Assembly: GCA_965655095.1 (NCBI GenBank)
Contig: OZ296648.1
Span: forward strand, 154,194,001 to 154,258,000
From: Haplodiscus bocki
Lineage: Eukaryota
Direction: 5' to 3'
Length of the DNA: 64,000 nucleotides
Notes under the pieces: generated by a model
Databases searched by the model: none
What the model was told of the DNA's origin: nothing
Seen by the model: only the letters and a program-made list of their open reading frames with translations
Made by a program: the position numbers and the translations under genes
Shown here: in pieces, positions 1 to 11,280 of the stretch
Layout: the number at the start of each line of letters is the position of its first letter
Position numbering within the stretch: the first letter of the stretch is position 1

Positions 1-1012
1 TAAATTAGATAATAAACAATTATTATTTGCACAGTGTAGTAGATCTTTTTTTCATTGTAGTTTTGGTTGATAAATTTAGGTGAAAAGGTTTTGTCTTTAG
101 TTGATAACTCATAAGAATTTTTGTTCAAGTTGTTCAATTTTTCAGGAGTTGGTTTATTTTTATTTTTCGTAGAAAATTGCACATAACCATGATTAATTTC
201 CTGAAAATAGTTTTCATATAGTGATGTTCTTTCACATAGTTATCTCCTATGTTTTTGTGTGCTGAAATTCATCACAAGAAACAGTAGCTATCATCTTTTT
301 GAACAGTTACTATAAATTTTGAATTGCAAAACGGTTTGGGTATTTCGCAAAAACTGGATGCTGTAATATCATGGTATCTAAACATTTTGGCTGTTAATTT
401 TGTAATACTATCAAATATGTATCCGCTTTCTCATTGTTCAAATTCATCAATTGCGTTACCTAACTCATTTGCTTCTTTTAAAACCTCAAATTGATTAATA
501 TTTTTATTGTAATTGTAAGAAACTTCGTAGCGTCATGTGTTGCATGATTAATTTATACGACAAATACACATTTACATCTGAAACTGTGGAAATCTTTGTT
601 ACAATCAAGAAGCGCTCTTCTAACTAACCCATCTACATGATCAAATTGTGGATTGAAAAATTCACATGTTTTATTGGTAAAACTATTTTTATTCTAAAGA
701 TAACTTCGTTTTCGATTTGTGTTGTAGATTTAATATGGAGGGATTTAGTTTTTTTTTCAATTTTAGTTGTCTCACAATACAACACTTTTTCGTTATTTTT
801 ACGTTCGTTGGATTGTAAATAGGATCATATATCTGCTAGAATCTTTTTTTTTCTTTTACCTTGTGGACAATAGTATTGAATAGGTGCTGAGAGATGAGTG
901 TTCGTGAATTCATGGCAGTATTTCATTTTTCGTCTGTATTGTAAATTACAAGTTGGACAAGTCTCATTTAAATATTTATGTAGTAAAATTTTTTTGAAAT
1001 GTTTTTTTCCAT
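1..1012 (-). pseudogene. Polinton protein-primed DNA polymerase B, N-terminal portion (degenerate)
   Basis: Minus translation of ~450-1: IDEFEQ*ESGYIFDSITKLTAKMFRYHDITASSFCEIPKPFCNSKFIVTVQKDDSYCFL**ISAHK...ERTSLYENYFQEINHGYVQF...EKLNNLNKNSYEL. This matches the Polinton PolB N-terminal GSGW / SSYIxLP / NxDNxCFLW / FEKLNNLxINV pattern; contains stops. Confidence 0.75.
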
Positions 1013-1029
1013 TGTAAAACTTGTAATTT

Positions 1030-1965
1030 CATGTTCACATGTTCGCGATGCGAACTGGTGGTGAGACCAACATGCAAAAGAATCAGTTTTTGGGTTGATT
1101 TCAAAAAAAAACATACTAAAAGTCGTTATTGGTCATGTGGAAGTATTTGATCGCGTATCTGCAAAATACTGTCGTGTTAAATTTTTTAAAACTTCTTCAA
1201 AGTCTTTCATTCATTACATAAAACCCGTTGTTGATAGCTATAAAAGAATGGATTTTTTTTATAAATCAAAAGGTTAACGATTGAAGTGTTTTCTTTTATT
1301 ATCCTATATGTTTTTACTTTTATTCTTTTTCATACGTAATTTTGAACGATGAGAATGTATTTATATAAGATAGATAGGATTAATTTTTTTTTGTTAATTT
1401 CATTATTTCAATGAATTTGTAACCATATTACCATATTCATCAGTTGTTTCGAACAATCTTTCGGTTTGGAATGAACAAATTTTCGAAATCGTTAATAATT
1501 TCAAAAATAAACATTCCATCTTAGCTTGCTTGTTCAAATTTTATATCATTTCCACATCTATACCCGAGAATTTGGAATTAATCACCTTTACAACCTTCAA
1601 TAGGACCTTTAAGTATTTTATGTATTTGATTATTTTCAGGACTGTCAAAATCATGTTTTTCAACTGCGAAAGCAAATCATTCTCTGCACTTGTAATAACT
1701 AGAATTGATATGCCCAGTTTTATTTTTGACGTTCTTGGTTTTATCACATAAACTAGAATTCTATTTAAAAACGTCGGTACTATTTGAATTACAATTTGTA
1801 AAATTATCCGTTCACATAGCATTTTTTTTATTCAAATGTTTTTTCAATTTCTTTTTTTCTGCTAAATCTGAAAGATTTAAGTTTATTAACCACACAGGTG
1901 TTCATTTTCTTAGTTTGTTATTTTACTTTCCTTTTTTCAACTTTTAGTTTTTCAAATTTTTTCAT
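1030..1965 (-). pseudogene. Degenerate AT-rich Polinton accessory ORFs (C2H2-like zinc finger remnants)
   Basis: Frameshifted reading ...SLCDKTKNVKNKTGHINSSYYK...EKHDFDSPENNQIHKIL...; same orientation as the upstream PolB. Confidence 0.3.
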
Positions 1966-2160
1966 GTTTTGTATTTTAATTTTTTTTAAGTTTAAACTTT
2001 CATTTTTTACCATTTTTGTTTTTACAATTTTTTTCAAAGTTTTTTTCTTTCAGTTTTTTTTTTATTAACTTTTAATATTTCTTATTTTTGTTTTTATTTG
2101 TTTCATGTTCCATTGATTTTGATTTTTACGTATTTTTTTTCATTTAGTTTTTTCCTGTAA

Positions 2161-3390
2161 TTCCTGTGTACCCCCATTGAGATAGTATATTAAAAATTTT
2201 TAAGTTTTGAAGTTTTTTCCATTTGTTTCATTTTTTATTTCATTTATTTTTTTATCAATACTGTGCACCCCATGATATAGTATACTTTGAATTTTTTTAC
2301 AATTTATTTTGTTTTTCATTTGTTTTCATTTTTTAAAACTTCTCTTTCTTTAAAGAATGTTTTTGATTCATTATTCCTCTCTACCCCCATTGATATAGTA
2401 TAATAAAAATTTTAATTTAATTTTTTTTATTTTACAATTTTTTTTCTTTTGTTCATCGTCAAACCCGTTGATGTAGTACAATATATATTTTTTTAATTTT
2501 TCGTTTTTGTAAAAAAATTTTCAATTTTCTTTTTTTCATTTTCCTTATCTTCAATCTTGTGTACCCCCATTGATATAATGTATTTAACTTTTTTCAATAT
2601 CTTTTGTAATTTTTAGTTTTTTTTCAATTTTTTACCACTAATTCCGTGTACCCCCATTGATATGGTTTAATGTAAGTTAGTTTTTTGACATACTATGGGA
2701 CATTGTGCGACCTCGGCCCATTTTGTTTTAAATTTTCCTTAAAGTTTATGTAATTTCGGGTGATTATGACTAAACTTCATTGATTTTCACAGTTTTGTGA
2801 GTTTTTGAAGGTAAAAGGTGCAGTTTTTGATTTCGAAAATTTTACCATTGAATAGCCCTTTTCAAGGCCTTTCATATGATCTCTTCTACTTTCCTGTAGC
2901 TTAAATTTTCATTGATTTCTATAAAATAATCGTCTGGTTTTGTATTCCTCGTTGTATTTTGATTATATTTTTAAAAACCAAAACCATAGTTTTAACCAAC
3001 AGAATAATAGATTTTTTCTCACTTTTGTTTGAAATCCTTTGATGTAATTTGATGTGGTGGTCTAAAAGTAAACTTCAAGGAGTTTTTTATTACGCAGCTG
3101 GAAAAAATGAAATGTGTATGAATTTTTATATAGTCAGGACGAAAATCGGTGAGTTTATAATTTTTTAAATTCCTATGGACCCTTGTTGATAATACCATTG
3201 AAAATATTTTTTTTACAAAATTAATTTTTTATTCCTCTGTACCCCCATTGATAAATTATACCATAAATTGTTTTTTTACATACTATGGGACATAGTACGG
3301 TCATGTCCTCTTTTTACTTTTTTAAAATAGGTTTTCGTTAAATTTAATGTAATTTTGGGTGATTTTGACTAATTTTCACTGTTTTTCACT
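2161..3390. repeat. Subterminal array of a TTCC(T/G)TGTACCCCCATTGATATAGTA-like motif, plus a ~150-bp direct duplication
   Basis: Motif copies near 2161, 2261, 2375, 2461 (weak), 2556, 2642 and 3232. Block 2641-2795 resembles 3231-3390 (shared ACATACTATGGGACA and ATGTAATTT.GGGTGATT.TGACTAA). Confidence 0.85.
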
Positions 3391-3404
3391 ATTTCTTCAC
3401 TGCT

Positions 3405-6400
3405 TTTGTCCTGTTTTGTCCCAGTAGTTGATTTTATCTAATACTATTGTCGCCTCCTTTGCTTTCTCATCATCGGCGTTTATCCGCGTTATTAGAGTGG
3501 TGGCTACGACAAAAGATGATATCAAGGTGACCAGAATCAACATTCTAGAGGGAATGGAAGTCTCAAATTAATCCACGAGAGCAATAAAAACTGGAGCAGT
3601 GACAAAAGTACGATGTCGAAGCTTTACGGGAAACTTAAGGAGTCAATTGTTTGATTCAAGGTACACTTCTGATGGTAGCTGAGAAGGCCACAAAACTGGA
3701 GAGCTAATCAGGATCAGATAAATAATTCTTTTCGAAGAACACCTTTTCACAACTTCACAAGAATGCTCAGGCGATCTCAACTACAAACAAAAAGCCTCTG
3801 AACGTAAGTACTGGAACTATCTCTGTGATCAGCCATAGATTTGCAACCCGGAAATGCTGCAAGCTCCACACAGCTAGATTAGACACAAAATGAAGGAAAT
3901 AATGCCTGAAACTTTCACTGTTGCTTCGCATGGATTGATACTTACGTTGCAGTAACCACATGTATTGCAACTTTTCTTTAATACCACCGGAAAAAGCTTG
4001 TACCGGTTAACCCAATTTCTCTCCCAAGTCAATCAATACGAAACAACTTTTTGAGTTTTCTCAAATGGACCACATGAAGGTTTTACAGAAAGCCAGAGGG
4101 AGCAAAAATTTTCTGTCATGACTGACCACTTCCCCAGTTTGGCAGAGACCATGCGCTGTAATGACAATACGGCCTGGGAAGCTTGCGATCGCCAAAATCA
4201 AACATTTTTTCTCCCGTTTTGGAGTCTGGCCTTTGCTCTATCCAACAAGGGACCAGAACTTTCTGGTAACTCGAATCTTTCTGCAGGGTAACTACGTCAA
4301 CCAAGACTGCTTCAGACTAGTATAGCCCTGAATCAGTTGGTTGTTGGAACGAATTTTTCTCTAGTTATCTGGGTTTCTCATTACTGAGAACCTTATGACT
4401 ATGGTAACGACCCTAACTATATGACGCAACTCTTCACGCAAGCACTGGTGTGACCGCGTACCACATGCCAACAGGACTGGAAAAGATGAAACCGCTTGAT
4501 AATTTTTCCCACATTATCTCTCTTGAGTTTCTTGGAAAAGCAAGATTACTACACTTCTGATACTTTGCAACGACAGCAGGAAGAAAACCAGTGAGCAATT
4601 CACAATACTCAAAGTGCCCAAACTTTGAAAAAAATTGACTTTTTCAACAAAGAAAATGACAAACGTTTCCGTGCACTAGTTGCCTACACATTTGTAGAGT
4701 TTGTTTGTAACTTATCGCAGTTTGTACTAAAGAAGATTTCCCTGCGGTTGGCGGGTTCCTGTCTCGATTGCCGGCGTTCATCAAAATGGACGGTGGTTTA
4801 CTGTGTATAAAGGAAAAACAGTTGCTTTTGAATACTACAAATTATAATTGCTCAATCCTATTGCTTCGACTGTCCTGGAAGTAGGAAATGCCGAATGCCC
4901 TTCAACTGACGTATATACCATATCTGTCAACGAGGTTTGTGTCTACGAAGAATGAAAGTCGTGGAGACAAGAAGAAAAGCCCTACTGTTTTCTGAGGAGA
5001 AAATCCGTGTACCTACAAAAAAGAACGTTCAATGAAACTGAAGCAAAGGAGTTAGCTAGAAAACGGGAGAGAACGTTCTTGAAGTACGAAATTGAGTCAA
5101 ATAACTTTGGTACTCAACAGCTAATGGACAGACTAAGAAAATGTTTATGGCGGTACTTACCTTCTGTGAACTCAAGCAGGCCACGTTTCTTGCCAGAATG
5201 CATAGCCGCCCTCAAAGCCTCAAGAAGAAGACCGTCATGAGAAAATAACCCGTCTGTACACGATATATCATTTTGATTTCATCTGAAAGTAAATTTTGTG
5301 ACTTCATCATATCAACGCTTCCGTTGGATTTTTGTTCTTTTAACAAGGGATTATCAGTTAACCAGGTAAACCCGAGCCATTTGACCTTACCATGCCCCTT
5401 CAATCAAGTATTCACTTTGGAGTTTCCTTCCAACAAGATCACCAGATGAGAAGGGGCTTCTGAAAAATTTGCCTTTTTTCTACGAAGTTGCCGGGACATT
5501 GTTGGTCTTATCCATACTTCACCATCCAGGCAGCACGTGAAGCAAAACTTTAAAACCCGTAACTCAAACTCTGAGCGAGCAACAACGGTCAGTGTGATGA
5601 AAAAGAACCGTAGAAGTGCAACATTACTTTTGCTACCGGTAAAAACAGTGCGATTGACGAGAAATATGCGTCTGATAAACACTATTCTTCCGACTCAAGG
5701 AAGCAGACAAGACATCTGGCCAAATTATTTAGCCCAGTTACTGACTATGCTCTTCAACGTTAAGTGTGTACCTTTCTGCTTCAGCCATTATCACGAAAAA
5801 ATGCAACTGTAAGAAGCACATGCTTGGCGGGCGCAGCGTTGTTGAAACAAAGCAACCCCCTCCACGTGGTTGGACCGATGTAAACTAATTAACCGGAACG
5901 ATCTAAAGACGCAACTTCAAAAAATTGAATTATCTGAATATTTCATACGCTTAGTAGAAGTAAAATTACATTCCGCCAATGATCTTCCACCCTTTTTTGG
6001 CAGCTAATTGAAGAGTCAAAAACGGAGTGCCTGATTGATAAAATGGCGACTTTTACGTTCTATTCCTGAGATAGTCGCTTCAACGGGCTGAACGACTCAG
6101 GTGCGAACTGCGATTGCGTTCAAGGGTTTTTTCCGATCAGGCGTTCAGTTAATGAAGTCAGAGGAGTGGCTTTTTTGGTCGAAATGTCATTCATGTGAAA
6201 GAGAGCTGAAGGCTTTGTTCCTTTTGATAAACTTTGCCTGTTCATTGAAACGGTTGAGGCTCTCGTTGAGAATGCTCAATCAAGTTATCTTTGTAAGCCG
6301 GGAAATGATAAACCTTAGGCTACATTGTACGAGTACAAGTTCTCCCGAGCACTCTGGCCCTAATTAATATTTTGACCTAAGTGATTTCATAATTCAAACC

Positions 6401-7683
6401 TTTAGTCCCTCGTTTAGTATTCCTGCAAAGTTGCCAATTAACGAAGCTTCAGAAAAACGTCTTTTAAGTAACACAAAACTCACGAAAAACTCCGCCAGAT
6501 GGTGGGTCCTGCGGATATCACTGTGACTTCTTCCAACTGTTGTCCATCATTTTTTGTACTTTTCTGTTTTATGCGGCGAACTTACTACGAAAATCTCTCA
6601 TTTGGATTTTTTCCATAAATGCTTGACTGGTTCTCAAAGTTACGCATTTCAAAATTGAAGAAAAAAACTAAAGCAACGCAAAAGAACTTCAAAACCAAAC
6701 TACCAATGCGTTTGATTGGGATCCTGAAATTTTAGAAGCTGCAATTGCCTAACTTCTTTTATCTAAATCTTATTCATACGAATATTGATGTAATTTCTTG
6801 TTAAAGCTATTTCAACGGACTTGCTGTATTCACTACCCAGTTGGCTCCAAATATTTTAACAGAATGCTGTCAAATAATCATTTCGAAAGACAACTGGCTT
6901 CAAAGAACAACGCTCATGGGTTAACCTACGACGGGGAAAGATGGATTGGCCACGACCTCGAGGGACTGGCAAACAGCCTTGGTCTCGATAGCAAAGTGGA
7001 GCAGGTAACCGTTTTCAGGATGTCTTTATGCGACACTCAACTCGCTGTACAACCATTTGACCGCTCTGGTTTTGAATCGGTACGTGAAATCCAAATTCAT
7101 TGTCTGAAGCTGGTCAAAATAATAAAAGTTTAGGCTAGGTTTTGCACGAAACTGCTTTCTGCTCAAACTTAAATTCCTCGGAAAGTCCCCTAACTGATTG
7201 TATTCCCTGTTTGGCTCTACTTTACTATATGGATTTAAAGTTTTCGTGGAGGCACAGACCATACGGTCAAGTAAGGGCCCTTTGCTCGAAGTATTTCAAT
7301 AGAAACAGTCTGCCCTGTAACCATTCCGAGGGAGAAAGATCAAGAAGCAGTGGAAAGCAGTCGTCATCACTTTGTCGTTTATTCTCATTCTTTACGAATT
7401 TGGATTTTACTGCGGTAATTTCTGTGTTAGATGATATTCCAATTTTTTCAATATCATCTTCGAAGTATTTTGGGGGGTCAGAATATGAGAAAGACAACAC
7501 TGTTTGGGAAAGAGATTTAACCATGAAATGAAAACCAACAAATCGAAATAAATATTTCTAGTAATACCTCCAAATGAGTCCTTCTGACAGCACTGGAAGA
7601 AAATATATAGCAAAGTCTAGCCAGATACGTCTAGTTATAGTATTAAATTGACAACGGATTTCTGCTTAGCCAGATCATGCACC
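3405..7683 (-). pseudogene. Roco-like (LRR - ankyrin - Roc GTPase) pseudogene, heavily decayed
   Basis: Minus translations: LRR-like ELVLVQCSLRFIISRLTKIT*LSILNESLNRF (~6350-6250); ANK-like TPFLTLQLAAKKG (~6030-5990); P-loop-like ILMNAG...PTAGKSSLVQ (~4775-4725); G3-like MFDFGDR (~4205-4185). Many stops and frameshifts. Confidence 0.4.
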
Positions 7684-8246
7684 TGTGATGAGTGTGTGTT
7701 TGACAGTCAAGGTTTCTTTCGTTTACCAACAAAACACTTCCCTCTACGGTAATATTACCACGAGTCTCATCAATCTTATTTAAGTGTGAATGGGAGTTTA
7801 TTCTAACTAAAACGGTCATTTCTGGGCCTTCGACGTTTCCAGAAAGATCTCTCTGATCAAGATCCAACACAACACCACCAACCCATTGACTGACTTCATT
7901 GCAAGCTATACTCTAGAAGTTACCAAAACTTCTATTGCAGTCAACACTGAATAATGTACTCTAGTTTCGACCGTTGTCATCACACTATCCACTTCACTTC
8001 GTTGTGTACTTGCAACGTTTTCTCAAGTGTGTATATATCCACATGTGAACAGCTAACCTGGGATGGATCATTAGATTCATTTAAAGAGGAATCTATCTCC
8101 GCCACGTTAGCTCTACTTTCGGTTGGGGCTTCATGATTGCTTTGTCCAATCATGAAATCAACGTCGGATTCGCTTAACTGGCTTAGGCGCCTCTTGTTTT
8201 GCTGTTTCTTCTTTTGGGTAGAAAACAGAAACCATATTGAAATCAA
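7684..8246 (-). pseudogene. gag: Gag N-terminal coding segment located inside the LTR (3' LTR copy)
   Basis: ORFs 7980-8246 (KKKQQNKRRLSQLSESD...TLEK) and 7643-7870 (LDLDQRDLSGNVEG...QTHTHH) are homologous to ORF 21275-21601, which lies directly upstream of the gag capsid region. Confidence 0.65.
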
Positions 8247-9608
8247 CAGTTGAATTAACCAATGGTATTAGCCAAACTGATACAGAAAAAAAGACAAGAA
8301 TTGAGTACAGATCAGAATGATAAAAACAAACCAGTTTCCAATGTCTCAGAAGCAACTTGTTATCGTTCTCTTTCCCTTTCGAATGTTTTTCTTTCTTTGG
8401 GTCAATGGCCGGCCGTGTTTTTTCCGTTGTTCTTCAGTTCGCCATCCAATCAGGGTACGTCCTTCCCTGACCTCAAAACTAAACCTATAACTGCAACTAC
8501 GGCTATAAGAAATATAAAAAAAAATACCGCAATTAGGTGACGTCATAATATAAATAGCAACAGGTTAAAATCATTATTAATTTATGATTACGGTTTTCCT
8601 AATATGAAATGTTTTCATAGCAAATGCATGTAGTCAATTACTAAAGCGTCAACATGGTCGTGTGAACTGGTAGTGAGGGAAAAAAGTGTGTTAGAACACG
8701 TTTCAAGGTCTACTTAGTTTAATTTGTGGTTTAAGTGAAAATTGTAATGTGTGACCGGTGTTTGTCCACATAGCTAGCTGAAAGTCCGGCTGAAAAGAAA
8801 GATTATGCTGACCATCATTTAAAAAAGAGCTCCAGAGTCTCAAGTTCTCGCTCAATACACAATCTATGGGGCTCCATTGGTGTAATATTCGCGAAAGTCA
8901 GCATACTTTGTATTTTTCAACTCACTGGGTGTTAGTCTATTAAGAGGAATTTCGTGAAATGCAGGCACAACACGAAGTTATGGCTATTGGTCACAGATTA
9001 AACATTTGCAATAATTGCACTACATCATTTTCAAGGAGGGGTGGTTTCCATAAAATAGTCCCCTGGTTAGCAAAATACGTTGGTAATAACAATAGGGATT
9101 AATTACAGCACATTTGAATACCTCTGATTTGTTATTTTGTTGTGTATGACTTCTATTTTTCAGTTAGGTCGTAAAAATGTCAAAAGACTGACTAATGACT
9201 CGCTTCTCTGAGACGTTTTGATTTCGGCCGTTCAAAAAACCGTCAAAACTAACTCCTTTGACCGCCGAAAGCATTGAGCATCAACCATCGCCATGATTGA
9301 ATCGATTGATTTAAGTAATTAGGTATTAAGGAAAAAGTTGCCCGGCAAATCATTTGTTTACGTCCCAACACAGTATTTGTATCTGTCAATGACTTCATTT
9401 CGACGTCTTTGCTCATTTTGTGGATTTACTAGACATGTACAAAAATATAACATGTTTTTGCTATAAAACGTAATAAAAAATGCTGTATATAAATGTTTTA
9501 ATAGTCACTTCCGTATTGGAATAGGGGCAAATATCTTGTGATTCTTGTTGTGTGCACTACCATATAACCTTTCGTATATTTGTCCGGTGCAAGCGGAGTC
9601 TTGCGACA
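7684..9608 (-). repeat. 3' LTR of Gypsy-1 (1,925 bp; TGTCGCAAG...CATCACA)
   Basis: 7684-8053 aligns with 21281-21671 and 9241-9608 with 21672-22041; preceded on the minus strand by a purine-rich GGGGAG; followed by the TSD. Confidence 0.92.
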
Positions 9609-9625
9609 CTCCCCGGGGGACGAAA
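9609..9625 (-). other. Polypurine-tract-like site abutting the Gypsy-1 3' LTR
   Basis: Minus strand ...TTTCGTCCCCCGGGGAG|TGTCGCAAG; absent before the other LTR copy. Confidence 0.5.
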
Positions 9626-9851
9626 GTGAATACGCTGCATTGTAAGACTTTATTGAACGCTTGGCGTTTCAATAGTCGACCTTTATTTGTTTCGTGAGCT
9701 TCAGCGGTTCGTTGCAACTAATCGGCAACAGTTTAGTCTATGACTTGATCGTAACGTCGGTCGCAAACCCAACAACAAGTTGTGAGAGGAATTGTTTTAC
9801 TTGTGTGTAAGTAGTGCTACATTATGGACATCCTGCGCAATATTTAAAATT

Positions 9852-11280
9852 TCAGGAAATGGGTGGGTCGTGCCGTTTGAAGGTTAGTTTCAAGCCAAGG
9901 GGTGGGGATTCCGTCGATTCGGGGATAGGCGAGAGTTGGCGGCATAATTCGATAGTGGGGGCCAAGCAAATTCCGGTTTGGCGGTCCTTCAGCGGGTCCT
10001 TGTGCCCAACATGACCAATCGGCAAAAGTCTCTTCGGTAGTTGATGAGGTAGCTGGAGATTGGTTATCAGGGGAAAGTGTGGGAGTTTTGTGCCGTAAAT
10101 TTTTTCATCGCGCTGGATTATCATACCTTGGTCGATCTGATCACATGAATCAAGAAAATTGGCCGTGAGGTAGCGATCGGGGGGGGGGGAGCATGGTGTT
10201 GAAAAACTTTCGTCGCTTGAGAGATAAATTGGATCACCGATCATGGGCTATTCCTCTTCAAATCCACAGTGGTTGGGTAATCTGCCATTGTTTTTTGTTT
10301 AAAAGGCTTCTGAGCCTCAATTAGGGTTTTATTGAAAAGATTGAGTTTTTGAGGTTTGACTGAATCGTGGGCAGTAAAAAATGTGGAATGAAATGATTTG
10401 ATAAGGTTTGGGGAAAACCGTTTTTGAGTGCTCCCGCGAAAAGTTTCGTCCAGTAGGGGGCATTTCATGCGTTTGAGTGATTAATTTGGAATCACCAAGA
10501 AGTTGTAGGTTTCTGAATGCGTTTTGCGCTAACTTTCACTACTTCTTCTTTGAAAGATCTGTTGATGGCAATTGGTTTCACTGTTTATTAACTAATTGTG
10601 ATGATTGAAACTGTTGAACTTTGATTGTTCTTTGATGTGTTGGTATAACGGTATAATCAAACAGGGCTTGTTGATAGTTTTCGAAAAATTGAATAAAGTT
10701 GATTGTAACTGAAAGATCTGAAAACCGAATAATTTTTTTAGGGGTTTCAAAAACCACCTCTGACAGACGTTACCATGTAAAAGGTTGTTGATAATAAAAA
10801 CAATGTACATGTGACGTAGATGTTTTTTAGTTCCATAACGCACATCCACAACATCCTATTTTTTCAGAATGATTATCTTTCTTGAATTGCGTTAGTTTCT
10901 GTTGGAAAGTGTGCTGTATAATTGCTGTCAGAAAAGTCAAGTTGGAGTCCGTTATCATTTATGTACCTGTTGCATTGCGACGGTTTTTGTCAGTCAAAAA
11001 ACATTCAACTTTATGGATTTAGACTGCAAGTGAAAGTTGCGTCAGAGAAGCAGCATGGTCTGGAGTCAGAACGATAATGGAAAACCTGCGCCATTTGATG
11101 AAGGTAAGCAGTATATCTCTGGGTCAAAAGTAGCTAATGTGGGAATTGTTGATAAAGATAATCTTGGGTTCAAAGGCAATTTGTTTTCTTGGCCAGAGAA
11201 ACATTGTGTGCACTAAAACACGTGGTTTTCATATTTTGTTTTGAACAAATCGTGTTTCCGGTTTGGATATCCTGTGCAAA
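9852..11280 (-). pseudogene. Orphan accessory ORF(s) of Gypsy-1, sense strand, before the 3' LTR
   Basis: Chain of minus ORFs 10592-10849, 10241-10468 and 9852-10244 (MIGDPIYLSSDESFSTPCSPPP...); no recognisable env, fusion or TM signature. Confidence 0.45.

Larger units (their letters stand above)
1..3404 (-). mobile_element. Terminal fragment of an AT-rich Polinton/Maverick (Polinton-1), runs off window start
   Basis: Minus strand encodes a pPolB N-terminal region, followed by an AT-rich non-coding region with a repeated motif array. Candidate terminus ACTGCT at 3399-3404 (minus strand AGCAGT, one mismatch from the Polinton AGTAGT end) where composition changes abruptly. Confidence 0.7.

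Noticed and set aside
2161-2670. Regularly spaced ~25-bp repeats resembling a CRISPR array
   Set aside because: Repeats are degenerate, spacers are low-complexity poly-T of variable length, there are no cas genes, and the context is a eukaryotic Polinton end.
8860-8890. Alternative Gypsy-1 LTR end at 8881 (…TATTACA) with a TGGAGCCCC PBS, implying tandem elements
   Set aside because: The perfect GCACC TSD and homology extending to 7684/21281 define the longer LTR.
8053-9240. Segment missing from the 5' LTR has GT...AG ends on the minus strand (splicing?)
   Set aside because: The junction is off by one base, donor and acceptor contexts are poor, and a spliced template should not leave only one LTR affected; simple deletion is more parsimonious.
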